Of a stretch of DNA of 64,000 nt, positions 1-17,669 are shown one piece after another. How positions within the stretch are numbered: the first letter of the stretch is position 1; each line of letters starts with the position of its first letter. Source of the DNA: the human T2T-CHM13v2.0 reference genome, Homo sapiens. The stretch lies in the NCBI RefSeq assembly GCF_009914755.1, contig NC_060927.1, one strand, 5' to 3'. The notes beneath the pieces are model-generated. The model was given only the letters and a program-made list of their open reading frames with translations. It made no database searches and was not told where the DNA came from. Made by a program: the position numbers and the translations under genes.

Positions 1-2433
1 AACTATAGTTCAGCAAACACAAATTAATCAATGTGATACATCATATTAATAGAATGAAGGACAAAAACCATATAATCATTTCAATTGATGTTTTAAAAAG
101 CATTTGATAAAGCTAAATATTTCTTCATGAAAAAAGTAAAAATACTGGGCATAGAAGAAACATACTAAAAGCTATATATGACAGACTCACAGCTAGCATC
201 ATAGTGAATGGGGAAATACTGAAAGCCTTTCCTGCTAAATCTGGAACATGACAAGGATGTCCACTTTCCCTGTTATTACTTAGCATTGTACTGGAAGTCC
301 TAGCTACAGCAATCAGACAAAAGAAGAAAATAAAGGACATCCAACATGGAAAAGAAGAAGTCAAATTATCTTTTTTTGCAGATGATAGGATATTATATTT
401 GGAAAAACCTAAAAACTCCACCAAAATAATATTAAACTGACAAATTCAGTAAAGTTACAGGATACAAAATCAATATACAAAAATCAGCAGCATTTTTATA
501 TGCCCAAAGTGAAAGATCTGAAAAAGAAATAAAAAACATAATCCTACTTATAATAGCCATACATAAAATTAAATACCTAGGAATTAACCAAAGAAGTGAA
601 AGATCTCTACAATAAAAATTATAAAATACTAATGGAAGAAATTGAAGAGAATACATAAAAGTGGAAAGGTATGCCATATTCATGGATTGGAAGAATCAAT
701 ATTGTTGATTCTTGCTACCCAAAACAATCTATATATTTGATGCAGTCCCTATCAAAATACCAGTGACATTCTTCACAAAAATAGAAAAAAAATAAAATTT
801 ATATGAAATGAAAAAGATGCAGAATAGATGAAGCTATCCTGAGCAAAATTAACAAAACTGGATGAATTACATTACCTGACTTCAAATTATACTACAGAGC
901 TATAGTAACCAAAACAGCATGGTACTGGCATGAAAACAGACACATAGACCAATGGAACAGGAAAACCCAAAAACAAATCCAGAAACTTAAAGTGAACTCA
1001 TTTTTGACAAAAGTGCCAAGAACAAACACTGAGGAAAAGATACTCACTTCGATAAGTGGTCCTGGGAAAACTGGATATTTATATGCAGAATGAAACTAGA
1101 CACCTCTCTCTCACCATATAGAAAAATCAAATCAAAATGGATTAAAGACTTACATCTAATACCTTAAACTAGGAAACTACTAGAAGTAAACATTGGGGGA
1201 ACTTTGCAGGACATTGTTCTGGGCAAAAATTTATTGAGCAATACCCAACAAGCACAGGCAACCAAAGCAAAAATGGACAAATGAGATTATATCTAGTTAA
1301 AAAGTTTCTGTGCAGGAAAGGAAATTAACACAATGAAGAGGTAACCCACAGAATAGGAGAAGATATTTGCAAACTACCTTTCTGAGAAGGGATTAAAAAT
1401 CAGAATATGCAAGGAGCTCAAACAACTCTAGGGGAAAATGTCTAATAATCTGATAAAAAAATAAGCAAAAGATTTGAATAGATATTTCTCAAAAGAAGAC
1501 ACGCAAATGGCAAACACACATATGAAAAGTTGCTCAGCATCATTGATCATCTGATAGATGCCAATCATAACTACAATGTGATGTAATCTCATCCCAGTTA
1601 AAATGTTTTTATCAAAAATCAGGCAATAACAAATGCTGGTAAGGATGTGTGGAAGACAGGGAACCCTCAAACACTGTTGGTACAAGCACTATGGTAAACA
1701 GTTTGGAGATAGGTTCCTCAAAAAACTAAAAATAGAGCTTTCATATGATTCAGAAATTGCACTACTAGGTATATGCTTAAAAGAAAGGAAATCAACATAT
1801 TGAAGAAATATCTGCACTCTCATGGTCATTGTAGCATTCTTCACAGTATCCAAGATTTAAAATCAACCTAAGTGTCCATCAACAGTTGAATGGTTAAAGA
1901 AAATATCTTAGTTGTACACGATGGTCTGCTATTCAACCATAAAAAAAGAATGAGATTCTGTCATTTGCAACAACATAGTTGGAACCAGAGATCATTATGT
2001 TAAGTGAAATAAGCCAGCCACAGAAAGACAAACATTGCATATTCTCACTTATTTGTGGGATCCAAAAATCAAAATGATTTAACTTGTGGAGACAGAAAAT
2101 AGAAGGATGGTTACCAAAGCCTGGGAGGGAAAGCTGGGGGAGGGAGAGGAGAGTGGGGATGTTTCATGGGTACAAAACAAAGTTGGAAAGAATGAATAAT
2201 ACCTAGTATTTGAAAGCACAACAGAGTTACTATAGTCAACTATAATTTAATTGTACATTTTAAAATAACTATAAGATTATAATTAGATATATTGTAATAC
2301 AAAAGATAAATGCTTGAGGGCTTGGATACCCAATTTTCCATAATATTATTATGCATTATGACTGTATTAAAATATGTCATATACTCCATAAATATATCCA
2401 CTCTCTATGTACCCACAAAAGTTATTTTAAAAA
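1..2433 (+). mobile_element. LINE-1 3' part (decayed ORF2 RT/C-terminal region plus 3'UTR), L1MA1-3-like; continues upstream of the window
   Basis: ORF2 motifs (AAAAGCATTTGATAA, TTTGCAGATGATA, ACCTGACTTCAAATTATACTAC, AGCATGGTACTGGC); 3' end CCATAAATATATCCACTCTCTATGTACCCACAAAA; many stops and frameshifts. Confidence 0.93.
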
Positions 2434-2542
2434 TCTTGAAAAAGTAGTTGACTCTGGGACACATCCAGCATATTCAGTCTAGATCTGTAAAAGTAAGTAT
2501 AAGCTTTGTTTGAATGGTTATCTTTGAACCTTACACAGCTAA

Positions 2543-2863
<321 letters not shown>

Positions 2864-4083
2864 ACAAGTTAAAATTTCTAAACTTCTTATGGTCTTTCCC
2901 TTTCATAGATTATCTTAATATTTTGGCTCACTTTGTTATTTCTAATTCATGCTCATTCATTAACTTCAAACAAAAGCAGTTTTATAACTTTTTTTTTCAG
3001 CCAATGCTAAGTTAACTTATTTGAATTTGTGACCTTCGTAAGTTGTTGATTGCTGGCTAATGGACAGCAACATGAGGATGGCTGACATGCCCATATCCCA
3101 GCACCTTATTTTGGTGAAGATGCCCACATTTAGCTGTTCATTCACACATATACAAATAGAGTCCAATTTTAAAACTATATTTTTTGTTGGTACCCAAATA
3201 AGTACAACCTGCATATAAAACAAATCAAAACAAAACCACAAAAAACTTTTGCTAAATATATTTTTGTGATGGTGATGCTTTTTTGTTCTTTTCTTTTCTG
3301 GTTCCCTCTCTTTTTTTTTTTTTTTTTCTGAAGGATGATACGACATTCGACCTTCTTTATCCTCTAGATGGCAACTGAAAATGGTACCTGTTTAATCCAT
3401 CATAGGATAGTGAAATTTAATTTTGGAGAAAAATTGCTATAAGGACTCAAAAATTGTTATTATTTTCTTATTTCATATCTAAGAAGTTATCTATAGTCCT
3501 AAGTTATTTTATAATTCTAAAAAAATATAAGATCTATTACCAGAATAGGTGGTCTACCACAACTATAAAACATAGTTTCCACAGTTGTTGTTTGTTTTGT
3601 TTTTATTTTTTACTAAGAACTGAAACTGAGATTATGTCTGTATCAGATAATGTATGTGACAATAGATAAGCAATGTGATAATGGCAGGAATTTATGGAAA
3701 GCAATCCAACACATAGCAGAGTCCAACACTCCTGTTTCTCCTCAAACAATTTATATTTCTATTTAAAGGAAATTTTCCTCATATAACTGGGTCAAAAGTG
3801 CACTACAATTGAAACATTTGTACAGTGAAAGACAGATACACAATATGCCACCCATTAAACTTGCCAGATTCAGAAGCAGGAGGATGGTAAGAGAGAAAAA
3901 CATTGATAATATCCACAATTTTTTATTCTGCTCTGTAGTACATGAGGTGCATTCTCTACCTCTCTCTCATGATTTTAAGCTCCTCAAAGTCAGATATTTG
4001 GTAAAAGATATTTTGATATCCTCTCCATCAAATAGCCACTATAGAGTAAAATTCAGATATTTTATTTAAAAATTGGGCAAATG

Positions 4084-4379
4084 CTCAGCAAACTATTGCA
4101 AGGATAAAAAACCAAACACTGCATGTTCTCACTCATAGGTGGGAATTGAACAATGAGAACACATGGACACAGGAAGGAGAACATCACACACTGGGGCCTG
4201 TTGTGGGGTGGGGGGAGGGGGGAGGGATAGCATTAGGAGATATACCTAATGTTAAATGACGAGTTAATGGGTGCAGCACACCAACATGGCACATGTATAC
4301 ATATGTAACTAACCTGCACGTTGTGCACATGTACCCTAAAACTTAAAGTATAATAATAAAAAATAAAATAAAATAAAAT
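4084..4379 (+). mobile_element. 5'-truncated L1PA (PA3-PA5-like) 3'UTR insertion
   Basis: G-rich tract, GATATACCTAATGTTAAATGACGAG, TACCCTAAAACTTAAAGTATAATAA plus A-rich tail; 16-bp TSD AAAAATTGGGCAAATG at 4068-4083 and 4380-4395. Confidence 0.96.
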
Positions 4380-4409
4380 AAAAATTGGGCAAATGATGAT
4401 TATAACAAT

Positions 4410-4650
4410 AATAATGATAATAGAATGATTAATGGCAGTTTAGACTTTATGAGAACCTACATATACCATTCTAACAGCGTTAAAGTTATTAACTCATTTA
4501 GTCTTCTTAAAAATCCTATAAGATAGGTACTATTATTATTTCTACTGTACAGACAGGGAAATATTTGTCAATGTGACACATCTAGGAAGTCATGGAGAGG
4601 AGATTTAAATGCCAGTATTATGGCTCCATAGACTAAAATCATAATTAACC
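4410..4650 (-). mobile_element. MIR SINE
   Basis: reverse MIR core CTCATTTAGTCTTC...ATAGGTACTATTATTATT...TACAGACAGGGAA. Confidence 0.75.
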
Positions 4651-4712
4651 AGCTTGCTTTCTCCACTATTTTTGCTATTCAATGAAAATTATGATTATGG
4701 CTATTTGAGGAT

Positions 4713-5180
4713 TGTATTAGATTTTTATCATTGTTCTAACAAATTGTGAAAAATTTGGTGTCTAAGAAAACCTATTTTTTTTGTCTTACGTTTCTAGAAG
4801 TTAGAAGCCCTAATATTAAGTTATCAGTGTATATTTTTTTCTCAAGGCTCTAAGAGATAATCCATTTCCTTAGCAAGTAGATAGTGCCCAAATTTCTTGG
4901 CTTGTGGCACCCAGTAAGCAGTTGAGTCATTTCAACCTTTGCTTCTGTCATCATATCCCTTCCTTTAATGCTGCCTTTCTTACTTGTTTCTTAAAAGGAC
5001 CCCTGTGATTACATTGGTCTTACTTGGATAATCCAGAATAATCTCTCCATCTCAAACTTTTGAACTAATCATACCTGTAAAGCCTCTTTTGCAATGGAAG
5101 ATAACACATTCACACATTCTAGGAATTAGGATATGGATATACTAAGGTCTTTTGGGGATATCATTTTTCAGCCTACCACA
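4713..5180 (-). mobile_element. MaLR solo LTR (MLT1D/E-like)
   Basis: TGTATTAG...GATTACATTGG...GATAATCCAGAATAATCTCTCCATCTCAA...CAGCCTACCACA. Confidence 0.82.
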
Positions 5181-6107
5181 ATAATTAATTATTGAGTAAA
5201 ACTTTTAGTAATAGCAGTCATGGTATCACTATATCAATCAAAGCAAAAAAAAAAAAAAAGGATAATATGCTTCTATTACCAGAATCTGAATTTCTAGATT
5301 TATGAAAACATCTGAAGTCTGTAGTATTTAAACATTTTTCTTTTCCTACTAGTCACATATTAAAAGATGTGAACTTAATGAAAAAAGAAATCAGTCATTT
5401 AGTAATTTATTTTTAGACATTTAGCAACAGAATTGGAATAGGGCAATTGCAAATAACTGTGAACAGAGATGCATCACACATACAAAAATCTTAAAGTTCA
5501 ATCTCTTATCTTTTCAATTGTTTGGATCTTACGTCACTTGTTTTGCTCCCCTAGTGTGCCTATCCAGAAGACAGCAAATAAAATATTACTGAATAAGAAC
5601 CTGAATATTAAATTATGAAGCTACTTACAAACTTTTCTCAAGAATCCCCCAAAACCCTGAATGCTATAATTTTAGTATTTGGCATTGATTATAAAATGTG
5701 AATATGCTTTAATGTATACAAAATGTTTTAATGCATATGGCTTTTTTCAACATCATAATACATCTTTGAGTACAATTAGGTAACTACTATTTTCATGCTC
5801 ATCTTCTGATCAACAAAATTGTTTACCAATATAGACTCTTGGTAACTAGTTGATTAATCTTAGTCTACCAAACCATTTTATGATTTCTAGTCAATTCTCA
5901 ATCAAATAGGCTGTGTGACCTCCTAAGAAATAACTTTATTCCAAAATTCTCCAGATTTACCATAGTGTTTGAAAACAAAGATGGATTGTTGAATAGCTAT
6001 TCAATAAATGCTTAATTTAGTTAAAAATACAATATCTGCATGTTTTATAAAGCTACCACTAATCACTTAGTTAAATTTAATATAGAGAATTGTGCAGTTA
6101 TTAATAA

Positions 6108-6166
6108 CACATACACATGTGTATATTATATATGTGTGTCACACATATATACACACATATATATAG
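6108..6166. repeat. mixed (CA)/(TA)/(TG) microsatellite
   Basis: alternating purine-pyrimidine tract seen directly. Confidence 0.7.
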
Positions 6167-6975
6167 TATCTTTGTTTAAAATAATCTGATACAGAGGTGA
6201 AGCTTATATTATTGAATGAATCATTAATTCTGACAAAATTTCAAAAACATCTAAATGCATCTTTTGTTTTCCTCTATTTTTCCTCTCACATTTTGTTTGT
6301 CTTGGTTTCTCTTTTAAGGTAGCCTACCATAATATCTCAGTAGCTTGGTTTTCCCCAAACATTAACCCATGTTTTTTTCCCTTAATTAAGTTATAATGAT
6401 ATTATTATTCAGATAATAAATCATGATGTGTCAAACACTCCAGCAGGCCCTGGAGTCCTGGAGATAGAAAGATGAAGCAAACATCCCCTGCCTTTTAAGA
6501 AATTATGAGCCAGAAGTTCAGATTACACATGTACACATAGCTGATTACAATAAAAGGCAAAATGTAAGTACAGTATAGGTAAAAATATACTACTGTGTTC
6601 TGTCTTATCATCAAAACATTCACTCCCTGATTCCTTGCTCTCAGGCACTTATGGAGGAGAGATTTCTAATAAACAATTTTTAGCAGACTGTTAAAATTAT
6701 TCCTATCATGTTTATTAATATTTACTTACCTTTAAGAGAAGCCTCAGTAAAAGAAGATGTATAAATATAGTTTGATTTAATCTGAGGAAATAAATCTTAC
6801 AAAATGAGTTTCAGGTTTGGTGGAGAGTTTATGGTAGCCTTGTCTTTTGAGTAGAAATTCTTCCAATTCTCTTCAAATCACATAGTAAATTTGAATATTT
6901 ATAGAAGTATGGACTTTGTCTATAAATATTTAGGACATGGTCCTATAGAAAAACATCTAATTTAATAAATATAAA

Positions 6976-7148
6976 GCAGTGGCTCTAAAACCTCAGTGTT
7001 CGTGCGAATCATCCTGAATGCTCATAATAAATATAGAGATACCAGTTAGTTAACAATTTTTAGAGAAGCTCAGGAATATGCATTTATGACAAACACTGTA
7101 ATAATTTTGATATGTGGTTCAATGAACTCATTTTAAAGAAAACTGGAT
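6976..7148. mobile_element. MER5A-like hAT-Charlie MITE
   Basis: CAGTGGCTCTAAAAC...GAATCATCCTG...CAGGAATATGCATTT...AAGAAAACTG. Confidence 0.6.
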
Positions 7149-8284
7149 TGAATATCCACATAAGACAAATAAACAAGTAAAATTCTCAATTGCTCTAGCA
7201 TCATGACCTTATGTAACTGTATCTTCCAACAATCTCTGAAACATTCAGAAAATTGCTCAATTTGTTTAGCCACTCAAACACCTTTTATGTCTAAGTGAAG
7301 GATGAAGTCCTCAGAAACAACCTCATATTATTTGACCTAATTCTAAATTCTTTTTTTTTAGACAAAATGATCCATCTAATGATGGATTCCTAATTTTCAA
7401 CATTTGAGTTTAACAGTCACATTGATATATCTACTTATCCAGTTTTCCATTGATGTTGTAGTGAATATAAAAACATTTTTCATCTGAAAGTTCAAAACAG
7501 TCTAGTGCAATGCCTGTCTTTCCAGTTGGTTATTGATGGGCCTGACAATATATTTTTTTTAATTGGCAAAGTGACTTGGACTGAATTCTCTAGCAGATGG
7601 CTTAGAAATGAGTGACATGCTACCACCTTCAGATTTTTCAATGCATGACATGCCACAACTTTCAGATTGTGTATTGCAGTGCCCAGTTTCAATAATTCAT
7701 TAACTATTCATTAATTGAACTCATTCAGCTAATATTGTCCATTGTCCTCTGTGTATATTTGATACCTACTAGTCTTCTATTGATTGGAAACAATATATAA
7801 TAAACTCAAGCAAGAGAATAAAACAAGTCATTTACAAACAGGCTAACAAATTCTCCATAATTATTTTCAAAAACCAACCATCAAAAACAGTACTCTGTAG
7901 CAAAAATAAGTGATGAAAAGAGAGATGGTAAACAGCCATTATTTTTCAATATTATTTTTATTTTACTTTTAAATTCATGTGCATTTCAGATGAATTAAAG
8001 TTTTTCTATTTTGTATTAATTTTCATTTACAAAAGAACCTTGAGTGATAAAAATTACTCCTAATATTTTGCTAATGAAGCTCATATTTTGTATTTACTTT
8101 TGAAAAGAGCACAAATACAAATAATACTAAATAATTTTCAAATAGTTGATCTTCTATAATAAAAATATGACACTGAGAAAAAAACAAGTAAACACACAAA
8201 AATAAAGTTTGAGGAGAAAAGCTACTAGTATTTATAGATTTTCAGTCCAAGGAAATAATCTGATCTAGTAATCCGAAGACTATT

Positions 8285-8420
8285 GTAATTAGAAACAGAA
8301 GACCTGGTTCTTATTATTGTACAACTTATGAAATCTTGATGTTTCAATTTCTCTTTTGAAAATAGGCGTCATAATTTCAGTACTGTCCAATTTATAAAGC
8401 TGTAGTGAGGATCACATGAA
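8285..8420 (+). mobile_element. MIR fragment
   Basis: AGAAGACCTGGTTCT...TCAATTTCTC...GTGAGGATCACATGA. Confidence 0.5.
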
Positions 8421-8640
8421 GTCACTCTTTTCTGAACTTCCCTAGTAATAAGTATCGCCTGTTGCGATTGTGAAATTTATAACTGTCCAGACTTCTCCTC
8501 TAGAGATTTTGATCTGCAGGGAAATAAGTCTGATCCCTAAATTAAACTATTAGCAAAAGTTCCAGGTGGATTTTACGTTGTAAATTTGTAGACAATACTA
8601 AAGGGATTTATTTTGGAATTTTTTACTGATAAAAAGTAGT

Positions 8641-8970
<330 letters not shown>

Positions 8971-11267
8971 TTAGCCAGAGTGCATTGGCATGGCCTTTAC
9001 TGTTTTACAATATAGAAATTAGTCTGACCAAGTTTGCCAGTAACCATCCCTGGCAGCAGCTTGTCTCATCCCTAACTACCAAGGTCCTGTTTCCTACTCT
9101 CACCCACAGTAACAGCTGGACTAGTTGGCGTCAAAGTAAGTAGCCCATAAAACTCAGCTTCAGACTTCAGCTGCAGTTTCTCTGTGTTGTTCCACTCCCT
9201 GTGCTACATTGGTTGGTAAATGTTTATAGTGTCACCTCCTGGTCAAAGCACATGTTTTGTAAATCCATGGAGAGGTAGTCCAATATCTTTGAAGTAAAAT
9301 TGTGTGTGGTTGCTAGAGTGTCTAAATAAAGTCTAGAAACAAATGAACACCACAGAGACAGAGTGCTCACATTATTTCAGAGGTTTGGTTTGCTTGGGAG
9401 CTAGCTTTTTTCTTTCAATTTCAAAATATATTTCAAGGTAAAATTAGTAGTTATTTTCTTCCCGAATAAATGCAATAAAAAAGATAATAATATGAAAGAA
9501 TCGAAGGACAGTAGATAAGAAAGTGTGGAGCCTTCAAGGTAGGTGATATAAATGCTGGCAGCTTAATAGTAGACAATCAGTGAAGGAGCAAGTGAAAGAA
9601 AAAGGGAGAAAGAGGGAGAGCTGGAGAGAGAGAGAAACCCATTCATAGATATATAGAAATACACAAAGCGCAGAAGAATGAAGTATGTGAATATTGAAAT
9701 ATATAGAGTATGAAGACTATTTTGCAAAAACAAAATGTATTTTTGACAAATTGCAGCAAGAACAGCAAAGTCTTTGAAAGAATTATTGAATAAATTAAAA
9801 AGCTTTTGAAACTGTGCTACAGTATTACATCATAAATATGCAAGACACAAATGATTACTTGCAGTAGGATTTAAAAACTGTAGAGGTTTCTGAATATGCA
9901 TATAAACGTATGCAATACAAGGAAAAAACTGGGAATATAATGAACAAACTCTAGATAAATTAGCATGGATTTTTTTTCACTGGAAGTGCTGAATAATCTT
10001 GAATTGCAGAACAATGAGGGAACAAATGAGAATAATACTAGTAATTCAAAGAATGTACTGTTGTTAGAACTTGTGGTCTTGAGACTATGATAGGGTGGGG
10101 AGACAGGGTCTAGCATCTAAGAACACAGCTTATACGGTGGTAAGCTGGGATTTCCCCCAAAACCACGCGGAGAATAATAGATATAGGACCTATTCTCTGC
10201 AGGAGGCTTTTATAGGTTCCCTCTGTCATGATCTGTGGATATATAAACTGCTTAAATTGCCAAGAACAAATGGAAATGGGACATTAATGATCTCCTACTA
10301 ACACGCTGATGAGAAGAACGCAATTGTTAAAGCTCACTTTATAGTTGAATGTGTCAATGATTAGCTGAGAAGTTTAACTTAACTGCTTAGTAAATCACCT
10401 TTTAAGTTTATATATAACATGATTAGTTTTTCCAAATCATTTCAATTTGCTTGAATTTCTAATTAAAGAAAACAAACAAATTAGGTAATACAGGAAATAG
10501 AGATACTTTAATCCAAGTGACCATACAACTATGTAACTACTGGGCTATAAGTGCCCAGAGTAGAATAACTTGATCAGTCCATTTTACATATTCTCCTTTA
10601 AATAAACCTAAAAATTGATTATTGTCAAAACATAAAGATGTTAACAGTTAAATTCTGCTTTGTAACCTCCCTGAGGTCGAACTGTGGTTTTTCATGTTTA
10701 AGTATCTTTCTTCTATTCCTATGACTCAGTAGCTAAATACATTTCATCACATAGTTCTCAGTTTCAAGATATGTCCTACTGGTGAAACCCATGTTTACTC
10801 ACAAACCTGCCTGAGAGAATTCAAGAAAGTAATACACATCCTTATGCTTAAATTCAACAATATACTATAAACAGGATTTATTGCTGCTGAGTTTGCAGCA
10901 TGTCCACAAACCTAATTTTTTCTTTGTTTCATAGTTCATGTAATACTTTATAGGCTGTGGTATATGTCTATGGAAATCTTCTCCGCATCTACTTAGTCAC
11001 AGAAAATTGCTTCAGTTCTTAATTTTCTATAAATATTGACATGGCTCTTTGATTTTTTTTTCTCTTCAAACTAAAATATCACCAAATCTACCGATTTCTG
11101 GCAATGTTACTTTCCTATCTGCTTAATGGTAATCTAAGTCACTTGCTTAAGAACTTTTATTTCTCCCTCCTCCCATATCAATAAATGTTTTCTCTAGAGA
11201 TTTTGCATTTCTGCTAATAAATATTCTAAAGTTTCTCATGTATTAAATATTTATGTTCCAAACTAAT

Positions 11268-11763
11268 TATTGAGAGAGAATTCTTCATGGATCTTTCATA
11301 TTTCTACATGTCTTGCAAGCCCAGGCATTGATTGACTTTCTTCTGGACTATCTTTTCAATGATTTTTTTTAATAACATGCAGCTTTGAAAAGAGAGAGAT
11401 AGCATCTTCCTTTGGAGCAAGGAGCAAGTTTCTTTACTGTGCAGTGTTATAATGGTAATGTCTTCAATCATGACAAAGCTCAGACAAGCTTTTGGACAAT
11501 TATGAATGAGTTACTTAAGCTATTGGCTCTTTCTCTGTAATTAAACTTAATATATATGCATGCATATCGCCTAGCATTAGGACCCGAGGTACTGGTGCCA
11601 ACATTGATAATCCACAGATACAAAGCTATTGCTGTGAGTAGTAACATTCTCTGTTTCTCACCCAGCAGTGTGTGTCTTCTGCCAGCATTCATGAAATTGT
11701 AGCAGGCTAAATTATTTTCTAGAAAAAACGGTAAATTCTCAGACATTTTTTAGTTTTCAATAC
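11268..11763 (+). mobile_element. ERVL-class solo LTR (LTR40-like)
   Basis: TTCTGGACTATCTTTTCAA, GCTATTGCTGTGAGTA, GTGTCTTCTGCCAGCATTCATGAAATTGTAGCAGGCTAA match the recalled LTR40 consensus. Confidence 0.72.
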
Positions 11764-11789
11764 AAACATGGCTTCAAGATACCATCTCA

Positions 11790-13070
<1,281 letters not shown>

Positions 13071-13611
13071 TATATTAATTTATTCAATAAAAATTGATTA
13101 TCATCTATGTTTCAAGGACATGTCTAGAACTCAGAAAACATATTGAAAAAAATATATTGCTTGTACTGAATTACTAGGATAAAATAAGTATTGAATAAAA
13201 ATATTACAGGGTAGTGTTATAAAAGTAAAGTTTCCAGTGATTAGAAAATGTATACAGGGCAATGTTAATACTCTACACTTTCAAAGTCAAAAACCCTATT
13301 AGCTGTGTTTCCAAGCATAGCTATGGAATACCTTTGTCCACAGTCTTGTCCATGCCACCTTCATGGTACTGAATGCCATCTTCTTTTTCTCCCAATTTAC
13401 ATGTTTTACTCTTTTATTTCCAAGTTAGGTGCCTAGCTCCAGTTTCAATTCTGTATGAGATTTTCCTTCATAACGAGAACTGTATGAATCTGTAGTAGTT
13501 AATACCAGAACCACTCAATTTAAACTCAGCCTGAGATATTTTATTTTATTATTAGTCATTTTGTGACCTTGGTTCTAACATGTTTAAAAATTATAAATGC
13601 CTTTAGGCAAG

Positions 13612-14020
13612 TATATTAGCTAAGACTAGGATCTGACTCTTAGTAACTAACAAAGGGTTTATTTTTCTTGTTTAACAAGAAAGCTGAAAATAAAGATATC
13701 CTGTAGTAGAGTAATCAGCTCAAGGATGAACAGGATGAGGTTACCGTGGTAGTCTCAGCCACACACCTATTTTCCCCAAATAAATGGCTGCTCCAACTGT
13801 AGCAATAATGCTTTCCTGTCAGCCAGTTAAAAGAAGAAACAATACTCTAGAAGGTTATGCGCAAATTAAGAGAAGAAAAAATACAGAGAGAAAAAGTTCA
13901 GACAAATTTTTATTTACATCCCAAGGACCCAAATTTTATCAGGTAGCCAACCTTACCTGCATGGAATACTAGAAAATACAAATTTTCAACCTGAATATGT
14001 TACTCATTACAAAACTGTTA
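13612..14020 (-). mobile_element. old MaLR LTR (MLT1J/K-like), split by the L1PA3; remainder at about 16894-16932
   Basis: GGTTTATTTTTCTTGTTTAACAAGAA...AAATGGCTGCTCC...CCTTACCTGCATGGAA motifs. Confidence 0.6.
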
Positions 14021-15738
<1,718 letters not shown>

Positions 15739-16842
15739 TTATTTGGCTCGTTAGTTGATGCAGTTTCTTCCTAGTCTCCATGGTCTTTACATTTTGGCAT
15801 GATTTTGCAGTGGCTGGTACCGGTTGTGCCTTTCCATGTTTAGTGCTTCCTTCAGGAGCTCTTTTAGGGCAGGCCTGGTGGTGACAAAATCTCTCAGTAT
15901 TTGCTTGTCTGTAAAGTATTTTATTTCTCCTTCACTAATGAAGCTTAGTTTGGCTGGATATGAAATTCTGGGTTGAAAATTCTTTCCTTTAAGAATGTTG
16001 AATATTGGCCGGCTGGGTCAAATGGTATTTCTAGTTCTAGATCCTTGAGGAATCGCCACACTGACTTCCACAATGGTTGAACTAGTTTACAGTCCCACCA
16101 ACAGTGTAAAAGTGTTCCTATTTCTCCACATCCTCTCCAGCACCTGTTGTTTCCTGACTTTTTAATGATTGCCATTCTAACTGGTGTGAGATGGTATCTC
16201 ATTGTGGTTTTGATTTGCATTTCTCTGATGGCCAGTGATGATGAGCATTTTTTCATGTGTCTTTTGGCTAATTATATGTCTTCTTTTGAGAAGTGTCTGT
16301 TCATATCCTTCACCCACTTTTTGATGGAGTTGTTTGTTTTTTTACTGGGTATATACCCAAAGGACTATAAATCATGGTGCTATAAAGACACATGCACACG
16401 TATGTTTATTGTGGCACTATTCACAATAGCAAAGACTTGGAACCAACCCAAATGTCCAACAATGATAGACTGGATTAAGAAAATGTGGCATATATACACC
16501 ATGGAATACTATGCAGCCATAAAAATGATGAGTTCATGTCCTTTGTAGGGACATGGATGAAATTGGAAATCATCATTCTCAGTAAACTATCACAAGGACA
16601 AAAAACCAAACACCACATGTTCTCACTCATAGATGGGAATTGAACAATGAGAACACATGGACACAGGAAGGGGAACATCACACTCTGGGGACTGTTGTGG
16701 GGTGGGGCGAGGGGGGAGGGATAGCATTAGGAGATATACCTAATGCTAAATGACGAGTTAATGGGTGCAGCACACCAGCATGGCACATGTATACATATGT
16801 AACTAACCGGCACATTGTGCACATGTACCCTAAAACTTAAAG

Positions 16843-16843
<1 letters not shown>

Positions 16844-16881
<38 letters not shown>
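16844..16881 (+). repeat. (AAT)n microsatellite derived from the L1 tail
   Basis: about 12 AAT units seen directly. Confidence 0.95.
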
Positions 16882-16886
<5 letters not shown>

Positions 16887-17200
16887 GAAAGGCAATAGTG
16901 AACATCTGGTAGGTTACTAGTAGGGTCTGCTCAAGAAGACTATTTTTTGTCATCAGATACTAATAGTCATTCATTGATATTTATGTAACTCAATATGGGT
17001 CCTGTTTTTACTTCCCTTTACTGATGTAACTGCCTGTTTTAATAGACATGTCTATGGTTTGCAGAACTGTGTTGAGTCTGTGATCAGAAAAGACAAATGA
17101 GATGATGGCAAAAATCTATACCTTAATTCTCATGGTTGTTATGTGGAATATAAAATTGTTAAAACCTATCAAACTAACATTACTTAACATCTGTAATTTT

Positions 17201-17582
17201 CCCAGATTTATTGAGGAACAATTGACACATAATATTATACATATTTAAGTTATGCAAAGTAGTGTTTTGATATATGCTCATAGAAACAGAGAGTTAGGAG
17301 GATGATTACCAAGGATAGGAGAAAAGAGGAAATGAAAAGTGTTGGTCAATGGGTAAAAACTTTTCAATAAGATGAATATGTTCTAGTTACCTAATGTACA
17401 GCGTGGTGGCAATAGTTAATAATAAGTTATTGAGTACTTGAAATTTGTTAAGAGAGTAGATCTTAAATATTCTCACCATACACACACACACAAACACACA
17501 CACACACACACACACACGACCCTAACTATGTAAGGTGATGAACATGCTAATTAGCTTGATTTTGATAGCCATTTCACAATGT
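17201..17582. mobile_element. L1MA (MA8/9-like) 3'UTR in two oppositely oriented pieces, with an internal (CA)n
   Basis: 17201-17276 is the reverse complement of the terminal 3'UTR; 17277-17582 is the sense upstream 3'UTR (GAGAGTAGATCTTAAATATTCTCACCA...CCATTTCACAATGT). Confidence 0.85.
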
Positions 17583-17669
17583 TACCTATATTTGTGATTT
17601 TATTATATATAACTTTTATTTCGAAAACTAAATAAAAAATATTCCTTCATCTGCTATTTGATGAAGGCT

